DNA from: Minutocellus sp. GHC0000111
Lineage: Eukaryota
NCBI GenBank assembly: GCA_977018835.1
Contig: OZ361258.1
Location: 1,116,001 to 1,180,000 of the forward strand
Reading direction: 5' to 3'
Length of the DNA stretch: 64,000 bases
A model generated the notes under the pieces. The model searched no databases. It was not told the DNA's origin and saw only the letters and a program-made list of their open reading frames with translations. The position numbers were made by a program, and so were the translations under genes. Each line of letters opens with the position of its first letter. The stretch's first letter is position 1. Below are positions 60,041 through 64,000 of this stretch, in pieces.

Positions 60041-60271
60041 TGTTGATAGCATGTGTGAGTACAGTACAACAAGTAGGATTGCTAAAGAGGTCCTAAAGCT
60101 AAGCTAGATAGATATAGCTAGTAGAGGTTAATAGGACCTACGTAGATGAAAAATGGGCCATCGGAGATGTCGTTGGCCCATGGATCAACGGTCAGGAGAG
60201 GGCACTGACGGTCTGATCACCGTACGTACCGTACGTATGTATACGTACGTACGTATCCCACGGCATCAACA
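60041..60271 (-). repeat. 3' LTR of the copia element (231 bp)
   Basis: Termini TGTTGAT...ATCAACA (7-bp inverted repeat). Preceded on the minus strand by a PPT-like CTGCGAGGGTG downstream of RNase H. Confidence 0.75.
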
Positions 60272-63200
60272 CACCCTCGCAGATCAATGACTAGTGCCAT
60301 TGAATCTACATGTAGAGTCCTAATTGGAATCTACATGTAATTAGACTGGTCGCATGTCGACATGGTAGCGGGCGGGATGGTGCTTTGTAAAATAATCGGC
60401 CAAATTTTGCGCTCCTTTCCGCCAGCACACCTGGAATTGTCGTTGCTCTATGCGATCTTGGACCCAGTAGAATCTCATGTCCATAGCCTTAGACCGTCTT
60501 TGCTTGACGGTTTTATTGGTGATTCCAGATGCTGTAGAGTTGTCAACGACGATAGCAGTAGGGGGCTGCGGGTGACCCATTTCTTCTAGTGCTGCCCGGA
60601 TTGGCACTGCATCTTTCATCACGTTGAAAAACAATCCTCCCAATTCGGCTTCAGCGGCTGAGGACATCACATGCTTGATGACAATGGCTCCATTCATTGG
60701 TGGCATGGGATCACTTGAGTCAGGCTGGCGGTGCGGGTCCTTAGGTCGGGAGCTTAGGTAGAAGCACCCTCCGAGCTTGCTTCTTGATTTCGGGGCTGAT
60801 AAGTAGGAGGCGTCGCTATGCACATGTGGGATCATGTCTGACTTGACGCATCGAATGACTGCGTCGGGATGGGTTGCAAGGTAATCTAGAAGCTTCTTGG
60901 CATCTTGTCGAGTGCGCTCGGTAGCTTTGGATTGTTCCGCTGAGATGCCATTGAGCGCCGGTAAAATTGTTGAATCAATTGCTCGACCATAGCACAAGGA
61001 GCTGCCCACCACCTGTTGAATTTCGTTGATGCCTTTGGCGTCGAGTGGTGGTGAGTCGTCTTCCGGTTCTGGCAGCTGGGGTCCCGGGCCATGCGTCGGA
61101 CGATTCCATTGACATGGCGCATGCTCGGGCCGTGAGGGGCGGTCGTGTTGGAACTTGTGGCGCATCTCCTTGACGTAGTTAGGCATAGATAGATCCACCC
61201 ATTTGGCCTGTAGTTCCACTAGAAATGAACACCACAATAAAGTCGGCCTTCCCAATCGGTAGTGATCTTGTGCTTGGAGTTGAGGGCCTGAATGAGATGG
61301 TCTGCATGCTCTTTCCCGACATGCTTTACTCCAAAATCGTCAACGGTTAGGCAAAAGGCAATTGGGCGGGTTTTGTGCCTCCAAAGGCCGGCAGCACGCT
61401 TGCAAGGGAAACAGCCATGGGGTTTGAGATGCTTGACAAGTTGATCGCAGGCTAGGCGCCCTGCCTGGGGTAATCCATGCATTCCGCCATCGATTCTGAC
61501 CAATACTCGACCATTCTTTACTTTGTCGTGGAGGTCGTAGGCTTCCATGACTTCGTCGGGGATGAGAGCTACTGGCGCCCACATCCATTCTGGCTCTGGC
61601 ATGGTGCTGTTGAGACAGAAGTCACTGATATCAACTCCCATGAAACGAGCGTTGTCTGTAGAGATGACGCTGTTGAAAAGTAACTTTGCAGTCAACATTT
61701 CAGCGGTCGGGGTCGAGACTGTGCCAGGGTAATGAATTTTGTCGCCTCCTGCAGTCCATCGAACTCGATTGGGATTTGGTTTATGGGAGCGATAGTCGGC
61801 GACAATGCGGAGGTATGTGGCTTTTCCCCCCCGAGGCAGTTCGGACCAGTGGACGAAAGGCATTGTATTGGAGGGAATGCTAGCACTGTTTCCAACTCGG
61901 CCGTCCGTTAGCCGTCCAATTTCATCGATGTTTGCTTGAATGAATTGGTCCCTCATGTTCGTTTTGAGGAGGTCGCGGTATTCAAGCATTGCACCAGCAT
62001 CGGGATGGACGACGGCGTTAGCAAAGTGTTGGAGGTTTGGTAAAGGCGAGAAAGCTGCCATGTTGGCCACGTGGTGGGTGCTACGACGAGATGATGGCCG
62101 TGGGGGAGGGTTCCGATGTGGAATGTACCCTCGCTGACGGTATGATCGTCGTCGAGGTGGTTTGGCGGTCGATGGTTTGGACTTGCTTGTCGATTTTGCT
62201 GGAGCTGGTAATGTTGGAGTGGTATCGATCGTTGGAGACTTGCGTTTACGTTGCCGACGGGAGGTGGGGGCATTGGAACTTTGATTGGATGTTACGACGG
62301 TTGCATCGTCGTCATGATTATCATCATCGTCGCCGTTGGGCTCGTCTACTGCAGCCAAAGGATTGTAGTAGTTGGAAGAAACTGACGAGCGAGGTGGCGC
62401 GTTGGATCGACGTGATCGACGGCTTTTAGTGGTGGCTGCATCACATGTGGAGGATTTTGCCACCCTCGGAGGTTGCTGGGGCTGAGGCAACGGAGCGTTG
62501 GGGTTGGAGACAAGGTGACGGCCTACTTCAGTCTCGTTCATCTCTTCTACGTCGTCGTCCTCGTATTTGATTTTGTAGTACTTATGCTTCTTGTCAAATG
62601 CAACGACTCTACCCTTGTAATTGCGATCTCCAAACACTTTGGCGACGATGGTACCGAGGCGGAATCGTTGGGAGTCGTCATCGTTCTCCAGCACCCTCGG
62701 AGCTGCGGTTGTCTGCATCGTCTCATCAGAGGCGGAGGTGGCAGATTCTGCTGGGGTCGCGCTGTTGAAAATCTCGGAGAGCTTTTCTAAAGCTTGACGA
62801 TGCTCGTCTCGAAGGGGAGCAAGGGGTGCCGCTGGATGTGGATTCTGTAGAGCGTGCAGGAGTTCATGAGCTGCGACTATTGCTGCATCGGCCGACGACG
62901 TTTTGGGTACCGGAATCATTTGGGGAGCCAGACGAGTGTGTTACCAGTGCGTTCCGCCCGAGTTTCCTCAATCCAAACCTTGTAACACCGGTAGTGTTCC
63001 ATGGCTGGACCGACATAGTACCCATCAACGCCATGCGGGGACCAAGAGCCGCGTGCCGAGGGCATCTCGTGAAAGATGACCTTGCATCCGAGGGGGCCGA
63101 GAGGCGTGCGATTGAAATCAAAGCCGCCATTGAGTTGCTCGTACGCTGATAGTCGAGGGTTGACTCGGGATGCTCTCAGGAAATTGAGGGTCATTACCGC

Positions 63201-64000
63201 CTGCTCCAGCAATTTATCCCACAAGATGAGGGGAAAGTCGGGATCGGTACCACAGAGAATCGCAATGAAATGATTCTTAAAGGTTCGAATGGCTCGTTCG
63301 GCCGCATTTCGGCGGTGGGAGTGCGTTGGGGTCAATTGAAAATCTACATCCTTTTCTTCCATGAACTCCTTCAGCTCTCGACTCACTTCATTATCCAATC
63401 GTTGCAATTTTGGGCGAAATCCTCGCTTGGAGAGGTATTCGAAAATAGTTTGGTGCGCTCGGCGCATTTCCGTTCCCGATCGGCTTTTCATTGGTTCGGC
63501 CAAGATGCTGTTGGAGTCATAGTCATAGACGACCATTATGTACTGGTGGCCAGAAATAGACGATGCCAAGAAACGGCCGGGCTGATCTGAGAAGATCTGG
63601 CCCGTTATGTCATGACAATCAGCAAAGACATAGTTGGTGCGCTGTTGGTGTTGTGCCGGGTGGAGATCCTGCTCGGTTTCGTCCACCCCAGGGAGAGATT
63701 TTGGCGTAGCCATCGACCGTTTGGGCTTGGTCGACCTGATGTTCTTGCGCTGCTGGTCTAAGTGACCTTTAATCATCGGTATCGACTGTGGCATGTGCTT
63801 ACGTACAAGCTTTGATGTGAGGCCTGGCCAAGATCTATAAAATCCCGCATCGATTGCTTTGCACCAGGTAGATAGCTGAGGACTGCCAGCGCACCAATGT
63901 AAAAAGGCTACACGTTCCGGAACCGTCTCCTGGGCAATTGCGGCGTTGGCAGCATGTTGGATGACGTTGGGGCCGGGGAGCGGCGACATGATGGGCGAGC
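60041..64000 (-). mobile_element. Ty1/copia LTR retrotransposon (diatom CoDi-like), 3' part, degenerate
   Basis: Domain order integrase (SDQPGRF, RLDNE, HRRNAAERAIRTFKNHF) - RT (RVRWTAGGDKI, G.PQAG, VDDFG) - RNase H (SDASYL, SSAAEAELGGLF, KAMDMRFYW, NLADYFTKHH). Frameshifts near 62918 and 61215. The element extends past the window end. Confidence 0.95.

Noticed and set aside
62911..62925. Programmed frameshift between integrase and RT ORFs
   Set aside because: Copia pol is normally one ORF here. One lost A (CCC AAA ATG) explains it, and the copy has other disabling lesions.
1..64000. tRNA/rRNA genes
   Set aside because: No cloverleaf, A/B-box or rRNA-like conserved sequence recognised by eye.

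Overview
Gene-dense eukaryotic nuclear DNA, most likely from a diatom. This is inferred from short (about 95-210 bp) GT-AG introns, bipartite signal + 'SAF' plastid presequences, DUF6824-like and silaffin-like motifs, a chitin synthase and a CoDi-type copia element. Intact housekeeping genes include a POT1-like protein, hybrid-cluster protein (HCP), TOP3B, UPF2 and PIG-F. About six accessory genes, mostly secretory or cell-surface, carry frame-disrupting lesions: a ricin-repeat lectin, a GPI-type protein, a GT23-like fucosyltransferase, chitin synthase, a SET-domain protein and a CBM14 protein. Mobile DNA comprises two MITEs and the 3' part of a Ty1/copia LTR retrotransposon. The most striking signal is in the copia pol region. 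Conserved Tyr (and some Thr/Leu) codons are repeatedly changed by TpA->TpG or TpA->CpA transitions, which looks like a RIP-like, TpA-directed A:T->G:C hypermutation of a transposon. The same pol carries a Tudor-like module after the integrase. A Cu-only-type SOD with silaffin-like RXL/KxxK segments is also notable. All family calls come from motif recognition by eye; no database searches were run.
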